Origin: Eledone cirrhosa
Taxonomy: Eukaryota
Direction of reading: 5' to 3'
DNA: 64,000 bases
NCBI GenBank assembly: GCA_964016885.1
Contig: OZ024757.1
Span: 20,522,001 to 20,586,000, forward strand
Within the stretch, counting starts at the first letter, position 1, and every line of letters starts with the position of its first letter. The translations under genes and the position numbers were made by a program. A model generated the notes under the pieces. The model was not told the origin of the DNA. It did no database searches and saw only the letters and a program-made list of their open reading frames with translations. Below are positions 39,895 through 52,725 of the stretch, piece after piece.

Positions 39895-39945
39895 AGATTC
39901 TACAGGACTAGAACTGTTTCATTCTTTAGAAATCATCAGGAATCT
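39895..39945 (-). ncRNA. Type I hammerhead ribozyme candidate with all three helices
   Basis: agattc-CTGATGA-t-ttc-taaa-gaa-t-GAAA-cag-ttctagtc-ctg-TA-gaatct; 6-bp helix I and GUA triplet. Confidence 0.65.
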
Positions 39946-39961
39946 TTATATATATATATAT

Positions 39962-40140
39962 AATTGTTTCTACTTTAGGCACAAGGCCAGCAAATACCCA
40001 GTGCATTACTGGTACTTTATTTTATCTACCCCGTAAGGATGAAAGGCAAAGTCAACCTCGGCGGGATTTGAACTCAGATCGTAAAGGGACGTAACTATGC
40101 TGGAAAGCATGGCGTCCGACCCTCTACCAATACTGCCAAT
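39962..40140 (-). mobile_element. SINE A copy
   Basis: Family A sequence. Confidence 0.9.
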
Positions 40141-40731
40141 ATAATATATATAATATATATATATATATATAATATATATATATAATATATATATATAATA
40201 TATATATATATATAATATATATATATAATATATATAATATATATATATAATATATATATATATATAATATATATATATATATAATATATATATATATATA
40301 ATATATATATATAATATAATATATATATATAATATATATATATATATACTATATATATATATATACTATATATATATATATACTATATATATATATATAC
40401 TATATATATATATATACTATATATATATATATACTATATATATATATATACTATATATATATATATACTATATATATATATATACTATATATATATATAT
40501 AATATATATATATATATATAATATATATATATATATATAATATATATATATATATATAATATATATATATATATATAATATATATATATATATATAATAT
40601 ATATATATATATAATATATATATATATATAATATATATATATATATATAATATATATATATATATATAATATATATATATATATAATATATATATATATA
40701 TATAATATATATATATATATATAATATATAT

Positions 40732-40784
<53 letters not shown>

Positions 40785-40826
40785 ATATATATATATATAT
40801 ATAATATATATATATATATAATATAT

Positions 40827-40875
<49 letters not shown>

Positions 40876-40886
40876 ATATAATATAT

Positions 40887-40961
<75 letters not shown>
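40138..40961. repeat. Long (TA)n-derived microsatellite
   Basis: Directly visible. Confidence 0.98.
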
Positions 40962-40965
<4 letters not shown>

Positions 40966-41076
40966 GAACAACACAAAATACAACGACTCCATTACCAAAG
41001 GTTTCAGGACTCTAGACAATGTTAACATATGTCTAGATCGTTCATCAGACAACAGATAGGTTATGAAATGAAAATA

Positions 41077-41113
<37 letters not shown>

Positions 41114-41197
41114 AAAGTTCTATTTACAATTGTTGGGATACAACAAGTAAATATTTTTATAACTGATATAAAGCACTCGACAAGTATTTGGAGTAGA

Positions 41198-41503
41198 TAT
41201 ACGATATTAATAAATGGAAACTATATTTATAAAACCATATTTATTTCATTATACATATTTCAGGGATACCAAATTAAATTATGGTATGCCTTCAAAAATA
41301 ATATAAACAATTCACTACCCAGATGGCTTCCAAAAATAATGGTTGCATTTTAAAAGGGTACGTCAAAGTTTATTTGTAAAACTGTTATATATTGTATTTT
41401 GTCTGATGAAGGCATACCATAATTTAATTTGGTATCCCTGAAATATGTATAATGAAATAAATATGGTTTTATAAATATAGTTTCCATTTATTAATATCGT
41501 ATA
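41198..41503. mobile_element. Inverted-repeat element with a hammerhead motif at 41403-41449 (+); related copy at about 44290-44500
   Basis: About 97-bp arms; CTGATGA-aggcatacca...tggtatccct-GAAA-tatg-TA. Confidence 0.7.
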
Positions 41504-41566
41504 TATATATTTCGTTTCTGAATTTGTTTAGCAAGATTCTTTATCTGAAATCGTGTGTTGAAACCG

Positions 41567-42047
41567 ATATTGTTATATTTTGGGAGGGTCATGTTGCCAA
41601 TAAGAAACACACGCACCAGTTGCTTTCAGTTCAATTTATTATATATTTATAAATTTACAAATTTCTGGTTGGTTGGTTGGTTCCACAACCAGATAGTTGT
41701 TTATATATATAGTCATAGTCCTTTCGTCACACACTCTGTGACCTCTTCAGTGACTGGGGATTCCTTTCTTCGTTTCTGTGCCTTTCCTTTCTTCTATCCT
41801 ACGCCATTTTGTTGCGTAGGATAGAAGAAAGGAAAGGCACAGAAACGAAGAAAGGAATCCCCAGTCACTGAAGAGGTCACAGAGTGTGTGACGAAAGGAC
41901 TATGACTATATATATAAACAACTATCTGGTTGTGGAACCAACCAACCAACCAACCAGAAATTTGTAAATTTATAAATATATAATAAATTGAAGTGAAAGC
42001 AACTGGTGCGTGTGTTTCTTATTGGCAACATGACCCTCCCAAAGTAT

Positions 42048-42055
<8 letters not shown>
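41567..42055. mobile_element. Near-perfect ~490-bp palindrome of Penelope-like pseudo-LTRs with a hammerhead motif in each arm
   Basis: About 240-bp arms with a 9-nt loop (41805-41813); agtca-CTGAAGA-g-gtcaca-gagtg-tgtgac-GAAA-ggac-TA-tgact at 41863-41907, mirrored at 41711-41755. Confidence 0.85.
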
Positions 42056-42133
<78 letters not shown>

Positions 42134-42335
42134 CACAAATTTTAGTACAGCATCAACGAAGCTTTTGGTAGCAGCCAAGCTAACGAATGCAGTTTCGGTG
42201 TACAGCTAAGCACTCAATGGAGGATATTACCCCAGAGTTATAACATTACGTTTAGACAGCTTTGCAAATCAAACACAGCGACCGATAGACGGGCCGCAGT
42301 GACCATAGCGACGAAAAAAACTGAACTCAGGAAAA

Positions 42336-42409
<74 letters not shown>

Positions 42410-43247
42410 TCAATAACAATATTACAGCAATGACAAGGTTAGCATCAGATAACTAAAGAAATCACGTATATATATATATATATATATAAAGGAACGATCG
42501 ACTTTCGTCAAATCGGACTGAGGGAACAATGTTTCCGTTGGTCTTTCCAATTGCTAACACTATCTATCGGTCGCAACTCCAGGTAGAAGGAGCAACGTGG
42601 AATAAAGTGTCTTGCTCAAGGACATAACGCATCGCCTGGTCCAGGAATCGAACATATATATATATATATATACAGAGAGAGAGAGAGAGAGACATTTGGG
42701 GGAGTCGGGCCGCTGACTGCGAGGTTCCTCTCTTCACTGGCGGCTCGCCTAATAGAGGTAACTGGCGAATCTCGCGAGGGCGCTTGGCTGTTTCAGCGGA
42801 TCAGCCTCGCCATCACCCGAGGCAACGCTGCGAGTGTGCTGGCTTGCCTCAAAAATCATTAGAGAGGTTGCCCAGTACTCCTCGCGATGTTGCTGTCTTT
42901 TGCTCTGGTGTTGGCTCCGTTGTTCACCCCTTCCTTTACATTTTCTTTAATATTGTAACATTAAAGGAATATATCTTTCTGAATGAATCGCGAGCTATTT
43001 ATGATGTTGTCTAAGCATTTGTAATGTTATTTAAGATATATTTGTGATGTTATTCTGCTGTAAATTTATTTATATATTGTTTATATTTTCATTCTGAAAG
43101 AATTGCAAACGATTTATAATGTTATTTATGAAATAAATATATAGTGTATAGTGTATATAATGTGTATAGTGTGTTTATATAACATTGTCGGTCCAGCCCC
43201 ACATGTAGGGTAACCCTATGTCTATAATGTTTACTGTATTTTATATA

Positions 43248-43380
43248 ACTATTTCTACTTTTGGCACAAGGCCAGCAATTATCCCAGCAGTACATTACTG
43301 GTACTTTATTTTATCGACTCCGTAAGGATGAAAGGCAAAGTTAACCTCGGCGGGATTTGAACTCAGACTGGCAAGGGCCG
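43248..43380 (-). mobile_element. SINE A partial copy; another at 44505-44652
   Basis: Family A sequence. Confidence 0.85.
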
Positions 43381-44687
43381 TTATATAATGCTCAGTATTT
43401 ATACTTTGAGCTTGTTAAGTACAGGGTATAAATATGAGTTATTAACTCTGCCTTTTTTATTTTATTAAATCCTATTTTATTAAACCCTTAACTTTTTTAT
43501 TTATTCTATCTCTTGTTTATAATTCTTACAGAATGAAAATATAAACACATATAATACAATTAATACTTCATAGTTGCACATATAAGTAAAAAAAACTCTG
43601 TTTATATGAGTATAAGCCAGACAGACCAAACAACATTTTAATCTATCTCACACACATCTCCCTAGCATGGTTTCGTTCGTGGAAGAAAACACCAATATCA
43701 TTCATGTAACGGTTTAATTACAGACCGAATTTTTGTTACATCATGCTGGATCGTCCACTAGTGTGTAGATTTTCATGATAAATATAGTCCCCCCTAAATT
43801 GGTGAATTCGTGAATTCTTCAAATATTGGTCTTTTCCAATACTTGCTTCGTCCACGAACGAAACCATGGTAGAGAGATAGATGCATAAGAGAGATAGGTT
43901 AACATATTTTAGATCTTCCTGGCTAATACTTCATTAGAGTTTTTCCACTTAAATTTAATATGTACTATTGGTTCTCTGATTTAATCTATATATTTTATCC
44001 ATTCATTCAGATGTTTAGCTATTAGAGACTAGGTAATTTAATATGTAATTATTTGTATATATATATATAACGAAGGAATTGTGGTAAGGAACCAGATGGA
44101 CCACAACGCACCAGAGTACTCAATAGTTAGGGTAATAGGGAAAAGTATGACCCCGACGGCAGAGCTCAAGCCGTTTCGACGGCTATTTCAGTCCAGAAAT
44201 AGCCGTCGAAACGGCTTGAGCTCTGCCGTCAGGGTCATACTTTTTCATATATATATAAGTAGAAGTGGTATTTAATTTGTTGGAAGTCCGACAAACATAA
44301 ATGTTTATAACTGATTGAGGGCACTCAACAAGTTACTGGAGTAAATATTCAATGATATTAAATAAATGGAAACTATATTTATAAAACTATATTTATTTTA
44401 TTATATACATTTCAAGGGTAACCAATCTATTTATAAAACAAACTTTGTATTTTATCAGATGAAAGCGTACCAATGTTATCTTTGGTTGCCCTTGAAATAT
44501 ATATAATTGTTTCTACTTTTGGCACAAGGCCAGCAATTACCCAGTACATTACTGGTACTTTATTATATCGACCCCGTAAGGATGAAAGGCAAAGTTAACC
44601 TCGACGGGATTTGAACTCAGACCGTAAAGGGACGTAACTATGCTGGAAAGCATAATAAAATAAATATGGTTTCCATTTATTTAATAT

Positions 44688-44741
<54 letters not shown>

Positions 44742-44747
<6 letters not shown>

Positions 44748-44864
44748 CAGATTAAAATTTAAGCAAAGAATCGCTGCTTTCACCCTTAACGGGATCTTCA
44801 GTTTCAGAAGATCCCGTTAAGGGTGAAAGCAGCGATTCTTTGCTTAAACTTTAATCTGTTATTT
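44742..44864. mobile_element. Hairpin element with hammerhead core; family members at about 39735-39880 and 61604-61661
   Basis: About 58-bp arms; minus strand reads CTGAAGA-t-ccc-gttaa-ggg-t-GAAA-gcagc. Confidence 0.7.
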
Positions 44865-45152
44865 TAATAAATATTTGCTCTACGGTTCTTATATATTTGA
44901 TATATATTTATCCTTATCGAGCCCTCTTTGGACACTGGGAGAGAGCGAGGGAGGGAGGGAGAGTTATGAAAAGAAAATGTCTCTCTTACCTTCGGAATAA
45001 AGTTAGTTACGACGTGAAGTAATGTTGTGTGAAACAGACAAGCGATAGGGAAATATTGAATCTGATTTTTCTTCATTCATAAATACATTTCATGCTCCCC
45101 GCCCTCCTCACTTCCCTGTCTAGGTTTGTTGGTTTCTAGTGTATCTAGGTTG

Positions 45153-45202
<50 letters not shown>

Positions 45203-45457
45203 GCACATATATATTACATACATACATATATTTATATATATATATATATACACACATCCATTCATATATTACATACATTCATACATTTACACACATATAT
45301 ATATATATACATACACACATCCATTCATATATATATTACATACATTGATACATCCATTCTTATATATATTATATACATTCATACATTTACATATATATAT
45401 ACATATATATACACACACATCCATTCATCATATATATATTACATACGTTCATACATT

Positions 45458-45505
<48 letters not shown>

Positions 45506-45562
45506 AATGTATGTAATATATATATATATATATTTATATATATGTATGAATGTATGTATGTA

Positions 45563-45593
<31 letters not shown>

Positions 45594-45605
45594 AATGTAT
45601 GTATG

Positions 45606-45676
<71 letters not shown>

Positions 45677-45677
<1 letters not shown>

Positions 45678-46955
45678 TTGTTTTGCGAGGTTTTTGATAT
45701 GAAATCGTGTGTCGAAACAAATACTGTTATACTTGGGGAGGGTCATATTGTTATAATAATATTGCCAGAATTAATAACAGAACACACTCACTGTTTGGTT
45801 GGTTTTCGCTTCTCTATCTTATATATCAGTTAATTTATTCGGTCCTCAATGTTTACCATTGACTGACCAACGGTCTAAAATACAGATATAATATAGACAC
45901 AAACACATATATATAGTCTAACAAAGTTCTTTCGTTGCACATCTGAGTCAGTGGTGCTATTATGTTTCCTCCTGTTTATTTAATCTGTTTATTTATTTAT
46001 TTATGTCTTCTTCTCTGCGCATGCGTTTGCGTGTGTGTTCGCGTTTGGGTGACTGTGTTTTGGTTATTGTATTCTATCTTAGTTTACTAGTGTGTATTTA
46101 TATGTGTTTGTTGTTATTGTGCTTGTGTATTTATTTATTTATATTTCTCTTAGGTCAGTATTGGGTGTTGTTATTCCATTCACTTTTTTCTGTTTAGCTT
46201 TGGTCTTCTAAGTTCTATTTCACTTGCCTCTCTGATTTGCCTATCTGCTGGGTCATTTCTATGTTTAGATATTATTTTAATATCTATGTTGTCTCTGTTA
46301 CTGTCATTTTGTTGTCTGGCGTGTTCGTATAGTACTGAATCGTTTTTTTGTCCTTTTAGTTCCCCCCAGTGTTGGTCTATTCTTTCACCTATGCTACGAG
46401 CTGTCTCGCCTATGTATGTATGTTGTCATGTTTCTGCAAGTACCCTCTGTACATCTTATGCTATAGACTACGTTTCTAGTTTTACAATTTATCTGGGGGT
46501 TTACTTTACATATAATACATTTCCTATTAGTACAGTGGGTTTTCTTAAAAGGGTAGGTTTTGCTGATCATGGATTTTATGGTGGTTCCTGGCTTTTCTAC
46601 CACCTTAATCTTTAAGTGGGTCTTTCTCGGGGCCTTTCTACACTGGTTAGCTAATTTCCCTCCACGAACATGACACTCTGGTATCTCTGGTTGTCATACC
46701 ATGAGGTGGCTTTCCCTATCTTATGTTTAGTCCTATCTAAGCTATTCCATGATTTGCTCCTGTATAATGGGCAAATTGCTTTCATGTCCGGTTCTATGAG
46801 GGTCTTATACTTCTCCATGGCTCCTTCGTATACTCTGATTCTGTCTCTTTGGTTGTAGCCAGAGAACTGCATGCGGTTGATGAAGTGTTGGATGTGTCTT
46901 TCCATTTCTGTTGGGTCGCACATGCGGGACACGTTCTTCATCAGACACACACATA
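45677..46955 (-). mobile_element. 3' portion of a Penelope-like element (thumb/linker, Cys-rich region, GIY-YIG, pseudo-LTR)
   Basis: FINRMQFSGY...PLYRSKSW, VEKPGTTIK...CIIC...CKTRNVVYSIRC; same family as 26549-28128. Confidence 0.88.
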
Positions 46956-47569
46956 TTAGGTAGATGGGAATCACAAAAGCACATTCTATACTTACAAGCA
47001 CAGGCATGCATACATGTATAATATAATGCATGTGTCATGTGCCAATGACTTCATACTAAATAAATTTAGGAAATGGCATTATGATTTGATAGCTTTCTCT
47101 CTCACACACACACACACAATGTTGACAAGAGGGTTAATAGTCAAAGGACAGCTATCTACATATGCAATCATCTTTGGACAGTAAATACATCTACCTACCA
47201 TCTAACAATCTACCTGCCTACATATCTGCAGATCTTCTCCTCTACTTACCTGTCTCACTATCTATCTGTCTGTCTCTCGGCGCCCGGGTAGGGACCCCAC
47301 TTTTTCACGTCCCCTCCCTTTTGAGGTTGTTTTCGATTATTTTCATTTTATACCCTTTTTACTCGATTTTATGTAAACTCCCCCTTTGTATTTATCCCTT
47401 CTTTTTATGCCTTTATGGTAAATAAAGAAATAAATCTATAGTTATTTATTTATGTATATTTACCAATGCATCCATTTTAAGGCTATAAAACAGTAATAAC
47501 ATCAAAGTTCAAATGTCCATAGCAGTTCAAAAGCAGATACATAGACAGATTGTTAGATAAATAGGCTGA

Positions 47570-47943
47570 TGGAGATTGGTAGAATAAAATCATCATATTA
47601 TTAATATTTGTTCTGGCTCTTTATGTTCTGAATGTAAAACATGCAAAAGCCAATTTTGCCTTTCATTGTTCTGAGGCGAATAACAAAGTAATACCAGTAA
47701 TATACTGGAGGTCAATATAATCGATTTACCCCTTCCCCAAAGTTTCTGGCCTTGAGCCTATATTAGAAAACATTCGGTAGAGGGTCGGACGTCATGCTTT
47801 GACGCATAGTTACGGCCCTTTCCATTCTGAGTTCAAATCCCGCTGAGGTTAACTTTGCCTTTCATCCTTACGGGGTCGATAAAATAAAGTACCAGTAATA
47901 CACTGGGGTAATTGCTGGCCTTGTGCCAAAAGTAGAAACAATT
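47570..47943 (+). mobile_element. An old and a younger SINE A copy in tandem
   Basis: Family A sequence. Confidence 0.8.
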
Positions 47944-48029
47944 GTTAACGTGACTATTATAATTTTTCTTGGTTTTGAATCATTTTATTCAATGTAAACA
48001 CCACTTTGTTTTGTAATTCGTTCTTGTAT

Positions 48030-48270
48030 TGACTGTCTCAAACCCTTCCTTAGGGGAGAGAGCATCACTGTCCCCTGTCTCGAACCCTTCCTTAGGGGAG
48101 AGAGCATCACTGTCCCCTGTCTCGAACCCTTCCTTAGGGGAGAGAGCATCACTGTCCCCTGTCTCGAACCCTTCCTTAGGGGAGAGAGCATCACTGTCCC
48201 CTGTCTCAAACCTTTCCTTATGGGAGAGAGCATCACTGTCCCCTGTCTCAAACCCTTCCTTATGGGAGAG
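48030..48270. repeat. 42-bp tandem repeat, about 5.5 copies
   Basis: Unit cactgtcccctgtctcgaacccttccttaggggagagagcat. Confidence 0.95.
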
Positions 48271-48474
48271 ATGGGTGAGAGCATCAAAATTGACAAAGCT
48301 GAACAGGCCTAATCTGACTATGGTTTTCTAAGCAGTATACATACATACTTACTTATATATAAGTAGAAATGAGATGATAGGGACTGGGGTTCCTATCATT
48401 CCACTGCAAAAAAGCACCCAGCACTCAATGTAATGAATACATAACAAATCATCCTTTTTTTATTACTATATATA

Positions 48475-48806
48475 TGGAGGCACATGGCTTAGTGGTTAGA
48501 GCATTGGCCTTGCAATCGAAAGGTTGTGAGTTCAATTCTCAGACCGGGTTATGTGTTGTTTCCTTGAGCAAGACACTTTATTTCACATTGCCCCAGTTTA
48601 CTCAGCTGTAGAAATGAGATGATAGGGACTGGGGTCCCTATCATTCCACTGCAAAGTGGTCGTGGAGGTGCCACGGCAAAAAAGCACCCAGCACTCACTG
48701 TAAATGAGGTTGGTGTTAGGAAGGGCATCCAGCTGTAGAAATCAAGCCAAGATCAGTTCCCGTCCCACCCTTGCAAGCAGGGAAAAGTGGACGTAAAATG
48801 AAATGA

Positions 48807-48810
<4 letters not shown>
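48475..48810 (+). mobile_element. SINE family B, full length
   Basis: Family B sequence. Confidence 0.9.
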
Positions 48811-48854
<44 letters not shown>

Positions 48855-49209
48855 GAAAGTTATAGCTTGCTTGAAGCATTGTGTATGGTATAGAAAAAGA
48901 TGAAGTTTGAAGGCCACGACAATGAAATGGACAAACTAGAAAATATGACGAAACAAGGTGTTGTGTTACTTTATTTATGTGTCCTGATATTTCGAGATAA
49001 AATCTCTTCTTTGGAGGTATATAACAAGTGACCCGTCAGGAATCGATAAATGCTGCCGGAAGTGGTGGACATAGGTGAGGGAGGAGGGTCAGGGAGGCAT
49101 AAGGCTCTATCACTCTTTTATTTTTTAAATATATTATAGGTCTCTCAGGAGAAAGGTCAAGAGTTCTTTCTCTGTAGCCTACATTGATCTACAATTATAG
49201 TTCAATAAT

Positions 49210-50550
49210 ACCATCCTACCTACCTACCTACCTACCTACCTACCTACCTACCTACCACTCTACCATCCTACCTACCTACTGCTCTAGCATCCTACCTACT
49301 GCTCTACCATCCTACCTACTGCTCTAGCATCCTACCTACTGCTCTACCATCCTACCTACTGCTCTACCATCCTACCTACTGCTCTAGCATCCTACCTACT
49401 GCTCTACCATCCTACCTACTGCTCTAGCATCCTACCTACTGCTCTACCATCCTACCTACTGCTCTACCATCCTACCTACTGCTCTAGCATCCTACCTACT
49501 GCTCTACCATCCTACCTACTGCTCTACCATCCTACCTACTGCTCTACCATCCTACCTACCACTCTAGTACTCTACCATCCTACCTACCTACCACTCTACC
49601 ATCCTACCTACCTACCTACCTACCTACCTACCACTCTACCATCCTACCTACCTACTGCTCTAGCATCCTACCTACTGCTCTACCATCCTACCTACTGCTC
49701 TACCATCCTACCTACTGCTCTACCATCCTACCTACTGCTCTACCATCCTACCTACTGCTCTAGCATCCTACCTACTGCTCTACCATCCTACCTACTGCTC
49801 TACCATCCTACCTACTGCTCTACCATCCTACCTACCACTCTAGTACTCTACCATCCTACCTACCTACCACTCTACCATCCTACCTACCTACCTACCTACC
49901 TACCTACCACTCTACCATCCTACCTACCTACTGCTCTAGCATCCTACCTACTGCTCTACCATCCTACCTACTGCTCTACCATCCTACCTACTGCTCTACC
50001 ATCCTACCTACTGCTCTACCATCCTACCTACCACTCTAGTACTCTACCATCCTACCTACCTACCACTCTACCATCCTACCTACCTACCTACCTACCTACC
50101 TACCACTCTACCATCCTACCTACCTACTGCTCTAGCATCCTACCTACTGCTCTACCATCCTACCTACTGCTCTACCATCCTACCTACTGCTCTACCATCC
50201 TACCTACTGCTCTAGCATCCTACCTACTGCTCTACCATCCTACCTACTGCTCTACCATCCTACCTACCACTCTAGTACTCTACCATCCTACCTACCTACC
50301 ACTCTACCATCCTACCTACCTACCACTCTACCATCCTACCTACCTACTACTCTACCATCCTAACTACCGCCCTACCATCCTACCTACCTACCACTCTACC
50401 ATCCTACCTACTGCCCTACCATCCTACCTACCACTCTACCATCCCACCTACCACTCTACCATCCTACCTACCGCCCTACCTACTGCCCTACCATCCTACC
50501 TACCGCCCTACCATCCTACCTACCACCCTACCTACTGCCCTACCATTCCA
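49210..50550. repeat. 20-bp (CCTA)-derived minisatellite with higher-order blocks
   Basis: Unit ctaccatcctacctactgct; variant actctagtactc recurs periodically. Confidence 0.95.
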
Positions 50551-51146
50551 CCACCTTGTCTGCCACCTTACTATCCTACCAACCACACTCTCACACCACC
50601 AGCATGAGGGAGGTTATCAAGTCTTTGACACTATGTAACAGTCCTCCCAACCTTTTGTTTGGCGTGTTTTCTATGACTGGAGGCCCTTCCTATCCCTAAC
50701 CACTTTACAGAGTGTGTTTTACTGTGGCACTAACATTAGGGACGTTGTCATGCCTCTAACATAGCTGAAGGGTCCTCTCAACTCATTGTTTGGCAGGTTT
50801 TCTACAGGTCGATGATGTTCCTATCACCAACCACTTTTTAGAGTGTACAGGGTGTGTTTTACTCTGGCACAAACCCTAGGGAGACTTATCATGCCATTGG
50901 CACAACCAGAGAATTCTTCGCACATGGTCGGTGTCCCTTCTTGAAACTAACTCATACTTTCATACCTTATTCTAAGTATGAACCATATCACTAACATTTG
51001 GAGCATATTGTTGATGACATTTGCAGCAACTGCCATGTATACACATATCATCATCATCACCCTTTTACATTCAATTTCCATGTGTGCATGGGTTAGAGAG
51101 ATTGTCACATCCTAAGACATGATAGGCAGGTTAGATAAGGGTCATT

Positions 51147-51966
51147 CCATCTCAAATCACCCAGAGGGTCGCAAGTCACCCCCTCAGATCCCCCTGAAAA
51201 TTTTCATACTAGCTCCTGTACCTATATGATGGAAAGATATCAAGTATTAAATCAATATCTTTGATAGTTTTGAAACTGTAGGCCTTTCAAATATTAATTA
51301 ATTATACACTTTTTCCGAACGAGCCTCTCGGACCAACTTGAGACGGCCATTACTCCCCTAATAAGGCAAGCACAACTTTGAAATGAAGGGTTTGGGGTTA
51401 ACTTCTTCTGTAGAGTTCAAATATCTTATCAAATCAAGTGTGTTTTGTATATCTTTACATCTACAGGCCTCTGGGAAGGAGGCATTACAAGAGTACCTCA
51501 ATAGTCAGTTAATGTTAATAACCAAATTCTAACACCACATGATATGTACAGCTGGGCAAGAGATAACATTGATGGGGTTGGATTTTTCTTTGTTTCAAAA
51601 GACCAAGTACAAGAAAATGCTGGCTGTGCAGTTTTGTGCATCGAGGTGGAACTGCACTTACACACATTGCCAATGTATATTGGTGTAGGATGTGAACTCT
51701 ACAGAAGAAGTTAACCCCAAACCCTTCATTTCAAAGTTGTGCTTACCTTATTAGAGGAGTAATGACCGTCTCAAGTTGGTCCGAGAGGCTCGTTCGGAAA
51801 AGATGTATAATTAATTAATATTTGAAAGGCCTACAGTTTCAAAACTATCAAAGATATTGACCTAATACTTGATATCTTTCCATCATATAGGTACAGGAGC
51901 TAGTATGAAAATTTTCAGGGGGATCTGAGGGGCTGACTTGCGACCCCCCTGGGTGATTTGAGATGG
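51147..51966. mobile_element. Foldback/MITE-type non-autonomous DNA element with about 273-bp TIRs
   Basis: 51147-51419 is the near-perfect reverse complement of 51693-51966. Confidence 0.9.
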
Positions 51967-52177
51967 TGCTTTATGAACTAAATCCCTTCTGATGATTGCT
52001 CTGCAACAGATTACAAATACTCTCTAGCCACCGTAACTGTCAGAAATGCAGTGAACTGGTGTCGAGAAACTAACGATACTGTTATTTACCATGTACCATA
52101 GCAAAAAAAAAAAAAATGTATATAAATATATATATATATATGTACACACACACACACATACATACATACACATATAT

Positions 52178-52725
52178 ATCATCTTCATCGTTTAAAGTCC
52201 ATCTTCCACGCTAGCATGAGTTAGACGGTTTTATTCCATTTGATGTTGGAATGGCCGGGAGACCGTGTCTCGCATGTATGGAAGTGCCTCTGGCAGGTTT
52301 TTTTACAGCTGGATGCCCTGCCTAACATCAACCAGATTTACAGTGTGGACTGGGAGCCTTTTAACCATGTCTCCTACATGGCCACCTTACAGTGTGGACT
52401 GTTGTGTCAACCAGATTTACACTGTGGACTGGGAGCCTTTTAACCATGTCTCCTACATGGCCACCTTACAGTGTGGACTGTTGTGTCAACCAGATTTACA
52501 CTGTGGACTGGGAGCCTTTTTACCGTGTCTCCTACATGGCCACCTTACAGTGTGGACTGTTGTGTCAACCAGATTTACACTGTGGACTGGGAGCCTTTTA
52601 ACCATGTCTCCTACATGGCCACCTTACAGTGTGGACTGTTGTGTCAACCAGATTTACAATGTGGACTGGGAGCCTTTTTACCGTGTCTCCTACACGGCCA
52701 CCTTACAGTGTGGACTGTTGTGTCA
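52178..52725 (-). repeat. SINE B variant whose internal segment is amplified as a 79-bp tandem repeat (about 5 copies, 52327-52725)
   Basis: Unit tcaaccagatttacactgtggactgggagccttttaaccatgtctcctacatggccaccttacagtgtggactgttgtg. Confidence 0.9.

Noticed and set aside
49210-50550. Interstitial telomeric repeat
   Set aside because: Built from CCTA/TAGG and a 20-bp unit, not TTAGGG or TTAGG.
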